Position numbers and translations under genes: made by a program. A DNA stretch of 64,000 nucleotides from Laetmonice hystrix (Eukaryota), in contig OZ249436.1 in the NCBI GenBank assembly GCA_965235115.1, positions 19,470,001 to 19,534,000 of the forward strand. The letters run 5' to 3'. Below are positions 34,176 through 47,644 of this stretch, one piece after another (position 1 is the first letter of the stretch; each line of letters opens with the position of its first letter). A model generated the notes under the pieces. The model ran no database searches. It saw only the letters and a program-made list of their open reading frames with translations, and had not been told where the DNA came from.

Positions 34176-36287
34176 TACGTAACCAACCAATGACTCATGA
34201 GAGCATCTTTGACAGGTGTCTCCCATTGTCATGACAACCACTGCATACAATAAGACCCCTACGTCGGGGGGGGGGGAGGTGATGGAGGTAGGGGGTAGTC
34301 CACCCCGTAGTCGTATTTAAGCGTCTTATACTTGATGCAAATTTCCGATGCTCATTATAACGCGGATTCTGTGGTACACAGATATGTTTTTCTATCAAGA
34401 TTTTACCTGAGCTGCTGGCGAGTCTGCCATGGCCTGAAGCGGGGATCTAATAGACACACCCCCCGCCCCCGCACCAACCCAACCCCCACCCTCACCCACA
34501 GCACCCACCCCCTTTCCTACCACCAAACCTTTAAGGACCATTGATTTATCCGGGCTCTTAATGAGCCAAACGTCCTTTAGAGTGTGTCACTTCAAATGTT
34601 GTTCAGTGCTGGCAGTGAATAGAGCAGGAGAAGGGATGGAGTAATAAGGTTTATAACCTAACGGAGGATGACGAGACAGGCGTCTACACTGGAGGAACCG
34701 CTCCTCCTCCAGACAGTTCGGTCCTGGAGGACGTCAGTGTCATTTGTTATCTGGTGCTAGCACAGACACAGCTCAAAATATAAATATATCATTAATGTGA
34801 ATGGAAATCATGGATTAGCACAAAACGAGCTGCACAAAATGACTGCTATATATCGTGTTTAGAGAAAGTGGTTTAATTTGTTGTCGGCATTGATACAGTG
34901 CCTAGCCATGTCCAAGAAAGTCGGCAGTAGTCGAAAATAGCTGACTGTACATACGTATGTGTATCTAGGTAGATCTTTTACCGGTACCCGTTGGAGAGAG
35001 AGAGAGAGAGAGATACCGACAGACAGACAGACAGACAGACAGAGACAGGGACAGAGAGAATCACAAGTTATTGCTCGTTAGCTTGAGCAGTTATTTTCGA
35101 CACCAACTCCAGAAAGAAACTGGTCTCAGGTCTGCAATGGCTGCCGTGTGTTCCCGACCTGGCATTGAGCCCTTCCCCAGAAAACGAAATTCCCAAAACT
35201 CCCATTTTCTTTGCAGGGCTCCCAAAACTCTCGAACACATGAGCGCGGTGGGCCCTTGGGGTTATCTTTAAGATGTATCTCTGGAAGTGGTCATTCTTTA
35301 GATTGATTCAGATTCATTGAGAATAGCTAAGTCAGTATATTGGAGGGGGGGGGGCTGCAGATGCCAGCCATGTATATCATCCAGGCAGTGGTTTTTTCCA
35401 TACTTTTTTCCAAATTTCCCATTCCCATGCCTGTTTATATTCTAGTCATCAGGTATGTTTCACGATAGCTAGTCACTATCAGGTGTGACAAAAGTAAATG
35501 GAAGTCCCAGATTTCTTGCCGGGCTCCCAGATGTCAAATTCTGGGAGCCCGGCTGGCTCCCCGATTTTTGGCCTAACTTCTGGCCCCAAGCCATCCTGCC
35601 CAGCCATGTCTCGGTCGGGCTGTCTGCCGTGGATCCCGGCCTGACGTTCGTCTTGAACCCCTCCTGTCTGATCCCAGTGACCGACGCGCCAGTCAGAGAC
35701 CGTTTGACGACATCTCAATGACCGCTGCTATCTGGGGGTCAATACCCACGAACTAGCCAAGAACGCCCCCCCCCCGATGCGTTTATAGAACCGCTGATTG
35801 CAAGAATAGATACAGCACAGAGACTGTATCAAAGAGGTCTGTCTTGGCAAGGAGACAAACGAGTCAATGAGAGACAAACAGGACTGTAGAGGGAAGACCT
35901 TGTTATTCTCTCGCTATCCTTCGGCTCAAGTAAGTAATGTCTACCCAACCAAACCATAATGCCTCTGAGGCGATTTTCCTTAAGCGTGTAAATATTCGAG
36001 TACGTGTTAACCCTTCATTTGATCAAAGATCAGAGGAAGTTCTTTCTTATCTTATTTCTCTAAAATAATCAGAAAAGGCACGCTCCTCGGCTCAGCGAGC
36101 TCCTCGGCTTAGCGAGTCGAATACACTGCTGGACGTGAGTGGTTGGTTCGGTTTTACTACTGTGTCATACTATTCAGTCACACTGGTCTTTTAAACGGTT
36201 CGGTCACACTGCCTCTACAGACTGTGTCGTCACAATGCATCATCAAATCATTTCGCCAAGGTTTTGTCGTTATAATCCTGCATGCAT

Positions 36288-36690
36288 AGTCACAGCGGAT
36301 TGTCACACTGTGCCGTCACAAAGTCCGTTAAAGTGTCAGTCACAGCGGATCGTCACACTGTGCCGTCACAAAGTCCGTTAAAGTGTCAGTCACAGCGGAT
36401 CGTCACACTGTGCCATCACAAAGTCCGTTACAGTGTCAGTCACAGCGGATCGTCACACTGTGCCGTCACAAAGTCCGTTAAAGTGTCAGTCACAGCGGAT
36501 CGTCACACTGTGCCGTCACAAAGTCCGTTAAAGTGTCAGTCACAGCGGATCGTCACACTGTGCCGTCACAAAGTCCGTTAAAGTGTCAGTCACAGCGGAT
36601 CGTCACACTGTGCCGTCACAAAGTCCGTTACAGTGTCAGTCACAGCGGATCGTCACACTGTCCCATCACGAAGTCCGTTACAGTGTCAGC
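36288..36690. repeat. 50-bp tandem array, ~8 copies
   Basis: Unit gtcacagcggatcgtcacactgtgccgtcacaaagtccgttaaagtgtca. Confidence 0.95.
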
Positions 36691-37320
36691 CCCACCACCC
36701 TCAGCCCCACCAACACCATCAGCCCCACCACCCTCAGCACCACCACCTTCAGCAGCACTACCCTCAGCCCCACCACCCTCAGCACCACCAACACCATCAG
36801 CCCCACCACCCTCAGCACCACCACCCTCAGCCCCACCAACACCATCAGCCCCACCACCCTCAGCCCCACCACCTTCAGCAGCAGTAGCACTACCCTCAGC
36901 ACCACCATCCTCAGCCCCACCATTCTCAGCCCCACCACCCTCAGTCCCACCACTCTCGCCCCCCCCCCACCCTCAGCCCCCCCCCCCCACCCTCAGCCCC
37001 ACCACCCTCAGCCCCACCACCCTCAGCCCCACCACCCTCAGCCCCACCACCCTCAGCCGCACCACCCTCAGCCCAACACCTTCAGCCCCACCACCCTCAG
37101 CCATACCACCCTCAGCCCAACACCTTCAGCCCCACCACCCTCAGCCCCACCACCCTCAGCCATACCACCCTCAGCACCACCACCCTCAGCCGCACCACCC
37201 TCAGCCGCACCACCCTCAGCCCCACCACCCTCAGCACCCAGCACCACCACCTTCAGCACCGTGCACCACCATCAGCACCACCACCACCATCAGCAGCAGC
37301 AGCACCACCAGCAGCAGCTG
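36687..37320. repeat. 15-bp C-rich minisatellite (cagccccaccaccct)
   Basis: Degenerate 15-mer, ending in cac/cag triplets. Confidence 0.9.
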
Positions 37321-37711
37321 GCGGATTGCTCAGTGAAGCGGAAGGCTGGCATGCTTGATCAAATCCCATATTTGCTCACACATGTCAAGGACTAGGCTCT
37401 TCAGACGTTGAAGTACTCACAGCGTGCAGCTGTGAAAAGCCAGGTCAACATCACCTCTGAAACATGACCCAGTCAAACTGTACACGGAATACTCGAAAAG
37501 ATTCCTCAGATTAACAATGTTATCGTCCATTTATCGCAGGATACTTTATACCATCAAATATCGACTGACGTGTTCGTTTTTATGATTCGCAAATTTCTGA
37601 CGAGCAATGAAACGGATTATATTGTAGCAATATTCTTGTGTCAACCATTCAGAATGTCTGGTGACCCTGAAAGAATAATGCTAATGAATATACTAATCAG
37701 CTGAAGGAAAT

Positions 37712-38449
37712 TCGTCATCAATCTACAACCCCTGTTGTATACAGTCTCACTCATTATAACATTCTGATCTCTACACACCCACCTCGGCGTCTTCATCAAT
37801 CTAAATCTTGCTCACAGATGTTACAATCCCTGTTGTATACAGTCTCACTCATTATAACATTCTGATCTCTACACACCCACCTCGGCGTCTTCATCAATCT
37901 AAATCTTGCTCCCAGATGTTACAATTCCTGTTGTATACAGTCTCACTCATTATAACATTCTAATCTCTACACACCCACCTCGGCGTCTTCATCAATCTAA
38001 ATCTTGCTCCCAGATGTTACAATCCCTGTTGTATACAGTCTCACTCATTATAACATTCTGATCTCTACACACCCACCTCGGCGTCTTCATCAATCTAAAT
38101 CTTGCTCCCAGATGTTACAATTCCTGTTGTATACAGTCTCACTCATTATAACATTCTAATCTCTACACACCCACCTCGGCGTCTTCATCAATCTAAATCT
38201 TGCTCACAGATGTTACAATCCCTGTTGTATACAGTCTCACTCATTATAACATTCTGATCTCTACACACCCACCTCGGCGTCTTCATCAATCTAAATCTTG
38301 CTCACAGATGTTACAATCCCTGTTGTATACAGTCTCACTCATTATAACATTCTGATCTCTACACACCCACCTCGGCGTCTTCATCAATCTAAATCTTGCT
38401 CACAGATGTTACAATCCCTGTTGTATACAGTTTCACTCATTATAACATT
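37712..38449. repeat. 98-bp tandem array, ~7 copies, containing a + strand acceptor-like site
   Basis: Unit ...ctaaatcttgct(c/a)(a/c)cag|atgttacaatccctgttgtatacagtctcactcattataacatt... Confidence 0.95.
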
Positions 38450-38934
38450 ACGAACTCCTTATACTGCGCATGTCCGGAGTACATGGTAAGTAAACATTGT
38501 ACCTGATCACTGAGATTAGTTATCCCAAGGTATCCGCAGTATCCATGGTTCGTACGATGTTGTAGACACAGTATCTACAGTATCCTGAATATCCATGAGA
38601 TAAAATCGTAGTTTGAGCGCCCCCCCCCCCCCCCCTCCAGACTGATGCTAGTCTCCACCAGATAAACCTGTCCGTTTTGGAGACCCGGTGTCTAACAACC
38701 ACCACTGGTCAATTACAGAGAGAGAAAAACCGCACTGCTCAGCAATTTGTCGGATTGTACCCGGCATGGCTGTCATGAATTCCCTGCCCGGTCCACAGTG
38801 GGACATCGTACATAACAGACAGGAATCAGTTAATGTAAAGCCATCCTCACTGTGTCCTCCACCCGGCCGGAGCCGTGGAAGGGGGGGGGGGGCTGGTCCA
38901 ACTGGTCCTTGCCCACCTTGCCGACCGACCCCCC

Positions 38935-40340
38935 CCCCCTCGGCTCCCCCCGCCCCCGGCCCTCCCCCCCACCCCGTCCACAAACCTGTGCTCCACTCCC
39001 CCCGCCCCGTCCACACCCCTGTGCCCCACTCCCCCCGCCCCCGGCCCTCCCCCCACCCCGTCCACAAACATGTGCTCCACTCCCCCCGCCCCTCCCCCCG
39101 CCCCGTCCACAAACCCGTGCTCCACTCCCCCGCCCCTCCCCCCGCCCCGTCCACAAACCCGTGCTCCACTCCCCCGCCCCTCCCCCCGCCCCGTCCACAA
39201 ACCCGTGCTCCACTCCCCCCGCCCCCGCCCCCCCACCCTGTCCACAAACCTATGCTCCACTCCCCCCGCCCCCCAGCCCTCCCCCGCCCCGTCCACAAAC
39301 CCGTGCTCCACTCCCCCGCCCCTCCCCCCGCCCCGTCCACAAACCCGTGCTCCACTCCCCCGCCCCCGGCCCTCCCCCGCCCCGTCCACAAACCCGTGCT
39401 CCACTCCCCCGCCCCCAGCTCTCCACCCGCCCGGTCCACAAACCCGTGCTCCACTCCCCCCGCCCCGTCCACAAACCCGTGCTCTACTCCCCCCGCCCCC
39501 GCCCCCCCCACCCTGTCCACAAACCTATGCTCCACTCCCCCCGCCCCCCGGCCCTCCCCCGCCCCGTCCACAAACCCGTGCTCGACTCCCCCGCCCCCCA
39601 GCTCTCCACCCGCCCCGTCCACAAACCCGTGCTCCACTCCCCCCGCCCCGTCCACAAACCCGTGCTCTACTCCCCCCGCCCCCGCCCCCCCCCCACCCTG
39701 TCCACAAACCTATGCTCCACTCCCCCCGCCCCCCGGCCCTCCCCCGCCCCGTCCACAAACCCGTGTTCCACTCCCCCCGGCCCTCCCCCGCCCCGTCCAC
39801 AAACCAGTGCTCCACTCCCCCCGGCCCTCGCTCCGCCCCGTCCACAAACCCGTGCTCCACTCCCCCCGCCCCCGACCCTCCCCCCACCCCGTCCACAAAC
39901 CCTTGCTCCACTCCCCCCGGCCCTCCCCCGCCCCGTCCACAAACCCGTGCTCCACTCCCGGGGCTCACCAATCGTCCCGCCCCGTCCACAAACCCGTGCT
40001 CCACTCCCCCTGCCCCCGCCCCCCACCCTGTCCACAAACCTATGCTCCACTCCCCCCGCCCCCCGGCCCTCCCCCGCCCCGTCCACAAACCCGTGCTCCA
40101 CTCCCCCCGCCCCCCCCACCCTGTCCACAAACCTATGCTCCACTCCCCCCGCCCCCCGGCCCTCCCCCGCCCCGTCCACAAACCCGTGCTCCACTCCCCC
40201 CGCCCCCCCCACCCTGTCCACAAACCTATGCTCCACTCCCCCCGCCCCCCGGCCCTCCCCCGCCCCGTCCACAAACCCGTGCTCCACTCCTCCCGGCCCT
40301 CGCTCCGCCCCGTCCACAAACCCGTGCTCCACTCCCGGCG
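38935..40340. repeat. C-rich ~35-50-bp minisatellite
   Basis: Core ccccgtccacaaacccgtgctccactccccc with variable poly-C linkers. Confidence 0.95.
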
Positions 40341-40545
40341 CTCACCAATCGTCCCAGTACCATGGGACTCGTATGGATTTATTGATGGCCTTTTACCAAG
40401 TAAAACATCAGCCGGCGGGGACTAAAAACACAAGGTGACTGATTGGATTATTGGGGGCTTCACTTGTAAGAAGTCAATTGAGCTGCACCGAGCGAGGCTA
40501 CTTGAGAACTGAGGCAATAATTGAATTGGCCTATCGGAATACTAG

Positions 40546-41165
40546 CCCCCAGTCCTGATAGCCCCAACCAACACAATCCCCAGTCCTGATAGCCCCAGCC
40601 AACACCATCCCCAGACAACACCAGCCCCAGTCCTGATAGCCCCAGCCAACACCATCCCCAGACAACACCATCCCCAGACAACACCAGCCCCAGTCCTGAT
40701 AGCCCCAGACAACACCATCCCCAGACAACACCATCCCCAGACAACACCATCCCCAGTCCTGATAGCCCCAGCCAACACCATCCCCAGACAACACCATCCC
40801 CAGTCCTGATAGCCCCAGCCAACACCATCCCCAGACAACACCATCCCCAGTCCTGATAGCCCCAGCCAACACCATCCCCAGACAACACCATCCCCAGACA
40901 ACACCAGCCCCAGACAACACCAGCCCCAGGCCTGCCAGCCCCATGCAGCCAAAACCATCCCTTCCTGCGAGCCCCAGCCAAAACCATCCCTTCCTGCCAG
41001 ACCCAGTCCTGCCAGACCCAGCCAAAACCACCCCTTCCTGCCAGCCCCAGCAAAAACCATCCCTTCCTGCCAGCCCCTGCCAACACCAGCCCCTGCCAAC
41101 ACCAGCCCCTGCCAACACCAGCCCCAGACAACACCAGCCCCAGTCCTGCCAATCCAAGCCAAAAC
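40546..41165. repeat. 15-bp-subunit minisatellite (ccccagacaacacca / ccccagtcctgatag)
   Basis: Mosaic of related 15-mers. Confidence 0.9.
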
Positions 41166-42002
41166 CAGGCAGCTTTCGTGGGAACCCAGAAGAACACTCG
41201 GTTGAACTTGGCCCGGTTGAAGGTGTTCATGAGAAACGGCTGACAAACGACCTCAGTACCAATACGCAGGGATCGGTGGCTGGGATAGACATCCCTAAAC
41301 CGGTCGAGGTGAGGGAGCACTTACAGGAACCAAGGGTACCTCAAAGTTTTGTTTTGTTGTTTTATAAATATATTGTATTTATTTTTAAAACTTGACCAGG
41401 TCTGACAGTGTCGGACATGACCTAGAAACAGCCGATGTAAGCGTCCACACCTATACCAAGGGACCCTTCTCTCCCGTTCACCCCTAAAGTTCCCCTTTAA
41501 GAGACAAGCACTCAGTTATCCCTGTCACCCCATTCCTATTAACTCCCCACGGCCTAACCAGCCGGCTGAGTGGCTTAACACAAACAAAAAATGGGATGTT
41601 GACGAATTGTGTTTATTTTAACAGGAAACCACCAGGGCGACAGCTGCCTGCTCTCCCACGGCCGCGCTTTGCTGTGTTTTAATTTTCTTGTGTCAAACCT
41701 GTTTTAGACATTCAAATTTACAGCCAAACCAGATACATTAAAATCCCTATAAACATAAGGACCCATTATGACGGGCCTGAACGGGGAAGAATTTATCGTG
41801 TATACGGATGGCATTAATGGCTTGACAGCGCCAAACAATGCCATAACTACCGTGTCATGGGATGTGAATGATGCGACATGGATCTAATGGAAGGTAAGAG
41901 AAACAACGTTTTATGTTCTGAGCGCAATGGGAACAGTTTATACGATCTCCTTTGTTAGAGGAGTAGAAGAGTAGGGTGTGATATGTGTTTCTCTTTGTTT
42001 AA

Positions 42003-42270
42003 GGTTGACTTCAAGAACAGAGTAAAAGATGCAGAGTGCTATACGTCTTGTCCTTTGTTAATTAAAGGATGACTTCAAGAACAGAGTAAAAGCTGTAGAG
42101 TGCTATACGTCTTGTCCTTTGTTAATTAAAGGATGACTTCAAGGACAGAGTAAAAGCTGTAGAGTGCTATACGTCTTGGCCTTTGTTAATTAAAGGATGA
42201 CTTCAAGAACAGGGTATATACATACATTGTAAAGTGTTGTAGTCTACTTATTGTCCTAAAGGATGACTTT
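42003..42270. repeat. 64-bp tandem repeat, ~3.5 copies
   Basis: Unit gacttcaagaacagagtaaaagctgtagagtgctatacgtcttgtcctttgttaattaaaggat. Confidence 0.88.
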
Positions 42271-42459
42271 AAGGATGTCGGCACGACAGTCCCTTCATCT
42301 GGCACTAAGAACTATGAATCATCTTGCTTGACCCCACACATTAGATAAGGCCCAGTGTATACATGCTGGTAGGTCACGTCAATTACATCTACCACCCCCT
42401 CATGTAGAGCTCATCATAAATTGTCGGATTCGAGACATTCAAAAATCTTTGTCTCCAAA

Positions 42460-45284
42460 TAGTCCAGGCAAAAAATGCCAAAATTAGGGTTGTCTGGGAA
42501 AAATGTGGTACATAATTTTTTTCAGTGGATTTTAACCCTCTGAGGGGTCCTTATTAAGAATCCGATGGGTGTGGTCGCCACACCCTTGGGCATTTTGAGA
42601 AATCCAAGATGGCCGCCAAGATGGCTGCCATTTCACTAAAATGGCTATAACTTCCTTTCTATTTGTCACAGAAGGTTCATTTTTTCACCTATCCCTATGT
42701 TTTTGGGGTCAGGCAATCCATTAAAGGTGTTTTTAATTCCATTAAACAATGACGTCACCGGAAAATCCAAGATGGCCGCCAAGATGGCTGCCATTTCACT
42801 AAAATGGCTGTAACTTCCTTTCTATTTGTCACAGAAGGTTCATTTTTTCACCTATCCCTATGTTTTTGGGGTCAGGCAATCCACTAAAGGTGTTTTTGGT
42901 TCCATCAAATGATGACATTAACCGAAAATCCAACATGGCCGCCAAGATGGCTGCCGTTTCACTGAAATGGCTGTAACTTCTTTCCTATTCATCACAGAAG
43001 GTTAGTGTGAAAGGTGTTTTTAATTCCATTAAATGATGACGTTACCCGAAAATCCAACATGGCTGCCGAGATGGCTGTCCTTTCACTGAAATGGCTGTAA
43101 TTTTTTTCTATTCGTCACAAAAGGTTAATTTTTGCACCTATCTCTATGTTTTTGGGGTCAGGCTATCCTAGAGATATATATTTGGTGTCTATCCAGAGAA
43201 TTTTCGGGTTGCTGAATACATTGCCAATCATTGGGACAACTTCTACTGCAATTGGATGGCAAGGTCCGACCACCACCTGCCATGGTCCGACTATCTGGTA
43301 ACCAGTCTCTGCCAAGGTTTGACCCTTGCCAGTCCCTGCCCATACCCCACCACCAGCCACTGCCAAGGTCCGACCACCAGCCCTTGCCAAGGTCCGACCA
43401 CCAGCCACTGCCAAGGTCCGACCACCAGCCACTGCCAAGGTCCGACCACCAGCCACTGCCAAGGTCTGACCACCAGCCCTTAACTAGGTCCGACCACCAG
43501 CCACTGCCAAGGTCCGACCACCAGTCCTTGCCAAGGTCCGACCACCAGCCACTGCCAAGGTCCGACCACCAGCCCTTGACAAGGTCCGACCACCAGCCCT
43601 TGCCAAGGTCCGACCACCAGCCACTGCCAAGGTCCGACCACCAGCCACTGCCAAGGTCCGACCACCAGCCACTGCCAAGGTCCGACCACCAGCCACTGCC
43701 AAGGTCCGACCACCAGCCACTGCCAAGGTCCGACCACCAGCCACTGCCAAGGTCCGACCACCAACTCGGGCTGCCCATACCGCACCACCAGCCAAGGCCC
43801 GACCACAAACCTCTGCCCATATCGCACCAGTGATCACCAGCCAAGGTCTGACCACCAGTCCCTGCAAAGGTCTGAACACCAACACCATTTCATACTGCAC
43901 CACCCGCCAAGGTTAAACCACATCTTCCCCTACCACCAGCCAAGGTCCAACCACCAGCTGTTGCCCATACCCCACCACCAGCCAAGGTCTGACCACCAGC
44001 CGCTGCCCTTACCCTACCACCAGCCAAGGTCCAACCACCAGCTGCTGCCCATACCCCACCACCAGCCAAGGTCTGACCACCAGCCGCTGCCCTTACCCCA
44101 CCACCAGCCAAGGTCCGACCACCAGCCGCTGCTCTCACCCCACCACCAGCCAAGGTCTGACCACCAGCCGCTGCCCTTACCCCACCACCAGCCAAGGTAA
44201 GACCACCAGCCGCTGCCCTTACCCTACCACCAGCCAAGGTCTGACCACCAGCCGCTGCCCATACCCCACCACCAGCCAAGGTAAGACCACCAGCCGCTGC
44301 CCTTACCCCACCACCAGCCAAGGTAAGACCACCAGCCGCTGCCCTTACCCCACCACCAGCCAAGGTCTGACCACCAGCCGCTGCCCATACCCCACCACCA
44401 GCCAAGGTAAGACCACCAGCCGCTGCCCTTACCCCACCACCAGCCAAGGTAAGACCACCAGCCGCTGCCCTTACCCCACCACCAGCCAAGGTAAGACCAC
44501 CAGCCGCTGCCCTTACCCCACCACCAGCCAAAGTCCGACCACCAGCTGCTGGTCCGACCACCAGCTGCTGCCAAGGTCCGACCACCAGTAGCTGCCAAGA
44601 TCCGACCACCAGCTGCTGCCAAGGTCCGACCACCAGTAGCTGCCAAGGTCCGACCACCAGCTGCTGCCAAGGTCCGACCACCAGCTGCTGCCAAGGTCCG
44701 ACCACCAGTAGCTGCCAAGGTCCGACCACCAGCCCCTGCCCCTTACCCCACCATCAGCCAAGGTTCAACCATTAGCTGCTGCCAATATCCAGTGAAACGG
44801 CAGCCATCTTGGCGGCCATGTTGGATTTTCGGTTAATGTCATCATTTGATGGAACCAAAAACACCTTTAATGGATTGCCTGACCCCAAAAACATAGGGAT
44901 AGGTGAAAAAATGAACCTTCTGTGACAAATAGAAAGGAAGTTACAGCCATTTTAGTGAAATGGCAGCCATCTTGGCGGCCATCTTGGATTTTCCGGTGAC
45001 GTCATTGTTTAATGGAATTAAAAACACCTTTAATGGATTGCCTGACCCCAAAAACATAGGGATAGGTGAAAAAATGAACCTTCTGTGACAAATAGAAAGG
45101 AAGTTATAGCCATTTTAGTGAAATGGCAGCCATCTTGGCGGCCATCTTGGATTTCTTAAAATGCCCAAGGGTGTGGCGACCACACCCATCGGATTCTTAA
45201 TAAGGACCCCTCAGAGGGTTAAAATCCACTGAAAAAAATTATGTACCACATTTTTCCCAGACCAACCCTGTTTTGCCTAGACTA
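42460..45284. mobile_element. Non-autonomous DNA transposon with ~500-bp TIRs, Academ-like
   Basis: 42460-42964 is a near-perfect inverted copy of 44790-45284. Termini TAGTC(C/T)AGGCAAAA at both ends, AAA on both flanks (42457-59, 45285-87). The TIRs contain ~163-bp internal repeats with aaatccaagatggccgcc. No transposase ORF. The superfamily is inferred from the TAG...CTA ends, long TIRs and 3-bp TSD. Confidence 0.85.
43259..44765. repeat. 24-bp and 39-bp minisatellites inside the transposon
   Basis: gccaaggtccgaccaccagccact (24-mer) blocks flank gccaaggt(c/a)..accaccagccgctgcccttaccccaccacca (39-mer) blocks. Confidence 0.93.
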
Positions 45285-46745
45285 AAAGTTATGACATAAA
45301 ATGAATTATCACACATGCCCAGATATCTAATCTTCATGCCTGATGTGGGTGTAAAAGGAGAAGCAGAAAAGTCACAATAATCTTACGTATTTGACCTTCT
45401 TAACGTAGTTTATAACGTCCGTATGGACTGATCCTTCACGCGAGGCGCCTGGGTGAGACAGCAGGATCTGATGACGTCATCAGAAATCTCCTCCCATCAC
45501 GCCCGGGTAGCGGAACTACCCGGTTCGTTCGAAAGGTCTCTAATAACACTCGGACAACGCGAGGTCCACGCAAACCATTCCAGTCCGAAGGTTAATGAAC
45601 GCCACCTAGCGGTGGTAACAAGAGTTGATGGCGGGTAGGAGGTCAGTAAGATGAGGTCAATGGATCACTCGGCGGCCGGGTCAGGAAGGTGATGGCCACT
45701 TCCCTCAGACAATTCTCCGTGGGAGCATTTTTACAGAATAGCGAGTGCAAGTCTCGAGTCCTTGACATGTAAATGAGCAGAAACAGCCTCGAAACGCGTC
45801 ACTTTGGTCCCTAAACGATTGTTACGTCACAATCTCTCCATTGGTTTAAGATAGGATGAGAAAACACACTTTCAAACATAGACCAAAAAAATGAAAGCGC
45901 CCTAACTATGAAATAATACTATTTAGAAGTTAACAGTTGCCGGCTCCTGTGGGATTTGCAATGCTAAAGTGAGGAGATTACGTCCACGTTAGGACCAAAC
46001 TCGGCTGTTCTCGTGTTTTCTCATGTTTTCTCTTGTTCGGGTTGAGGGACTAGAGCTACAGACAGAGGTTGTGGAGGTCTAAGGACCGGCAGGATTGGAC
46101 GTAGGGGTTGTGGAGGTAAGGACCGGCAGTATAGATATTAGCGTTAGGTTTGGGGCAGAATTGGAGGAAGGGGTTGTGGAGGTAAGGACCGGCAGTAGGT
46201 ATTATGATCAGGTTTAGGGCGGAATTGGCGGTGTTGTCCAGGGATCAGCCACACATTCAACTCTCCATAGGTCAGGTGGTGCGTACACCCCATTTTCCCG
46301 ACTCCACAAAAGGCCGGGGACATTTAAAAAGGTGTAATTTGAAACGATCTGGCGGCTGAAATCAAATTTATTTAGTTAGTGGGCGAGTCTCGCGCTGAAT
46401 GCCCGAATCCTGTCTGGTCTGATGGTATTTCCCTCAACAATTCCAGGCACAATAAGAGCCAGACCTTTTTCGTCCCATTGTAGTACTTCCAGGTGGTGCT
46501 TTTAGTTCCCTAGTCAAGCTATTTGTTAAAATTCTCTGCATTCAAACCATAAATAAACCATAAAAACACAGACGATTGCAGCGATTATTTCAATCTGTGA
46601 GTCTAAATAAATTTCTAAATCTGCTTGTACATGTTAATAACATCATTGTGGATAAAGGGGGAGAATCGTTTATGAACAATCGTTCAGACACTCGTATTAT
46701 TCTTCTGGAAGAATATTTTTTGATATAAAATGATTTATCATTCAA

Positions 46746-46774
46746 CTCTCTCTCTCTCTCTCGTTCTCTCTCTC

Positions 46775-46828
<54 letters not shown>

Positions 46829-47009
46829 TCTCTCCCTCCCTCTCTCTCTCCCTCTCGCTCTCTCCCTCTCTCTCTCCCCCTCTCCCTCTCCCTCTCTCCC
46901 CTCTCTCCCTCTCTCTCTCTTTGGTTCTCTCCGTCTCTCTCCCCCTCTCTCTCTCTCCCTCTCTCTCTCTATCTCTCTCTCTCTCTCTCTCTCTCACTCT
47001 CTCTCTCTC
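46746..47009. repeat. (CT)n microsatellite
   Basis: Long imperfect CT tract. Confidence 0.97.
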
Positions 47010-47572
47010 ATCAACTGAATTATCTGTCATCGTATCACAAATTAATTGAGACAGTGCCACTGGGACACTAATAACATGCAAGGATGTCATAGAGCCAGGG
47101 CATATGTTTGTAACTACACAATTCCTGTGTAATTATCTATAATTCAGGAGTGTAAGCACACTGCAGCCACTCAGTATGACTCTATTACAGTTTCAGGCTA
47201 ACTGGTCGTCCACTGATAATCATGAATTACTGCTTTAGGTTTGTCATATCAGACTTTCGGAGAGAAAAAAAAACCTATCGGTAGATATTTACATACAGGA
47301 AGTGACTGTCCCTTGAGGCCGGTAATTGAAACTCAGAAGTGAAATCCTCCGTTCGAGGATACATGGTGACTTCCGGCCCGCTGGGAGTATCGTCAATGTA
47401 CGGAAGGGGTCCTTGTCTAGCCGATGATGTACACAGGAGGATTGTATGATCGTGCTCACATAGTCGCCATGGCCAGGTCAGGCCTGGACCACGGACCTGG
47501 GACCCGGGTCAAATGTTTACTCTGCTACCACAGATGACAGATGACACAGATGACGTACAGTCACGACAGAAA

Positions 47573-47613
<41 letters not shown>

Positions 47614-47644
47614 TAGACAGACAAATAGACAGACAGATAGATAG
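47573..47644. repeat. (GACA/GATA)n microsatellite
   Basis: Visible tetranucleotide run. Confidence 0.9.

Noticed and set aside
38688..40438. Extensin-like 516-565-aa Pro-rich ORFs
   Set aside because: All three + frames are open across a C-rich minisatellite with frame-shifting poly-C linkers.
40460..41320. 286-aa minus-strand ORF with a unique N-terminal ~55 aa
   Set aside because: Mostly minisatellite; non-ATG start; no recognisable domain or splice signals.
43158..44761. Neuropeptide-precursor-like repetitive ORFs (GWWSDLGS, LPRSDHQP)
   Set aside because: They lie inside a TIR element, are open on both strands, and lack a signal peptide and dibasic cleavage sites.
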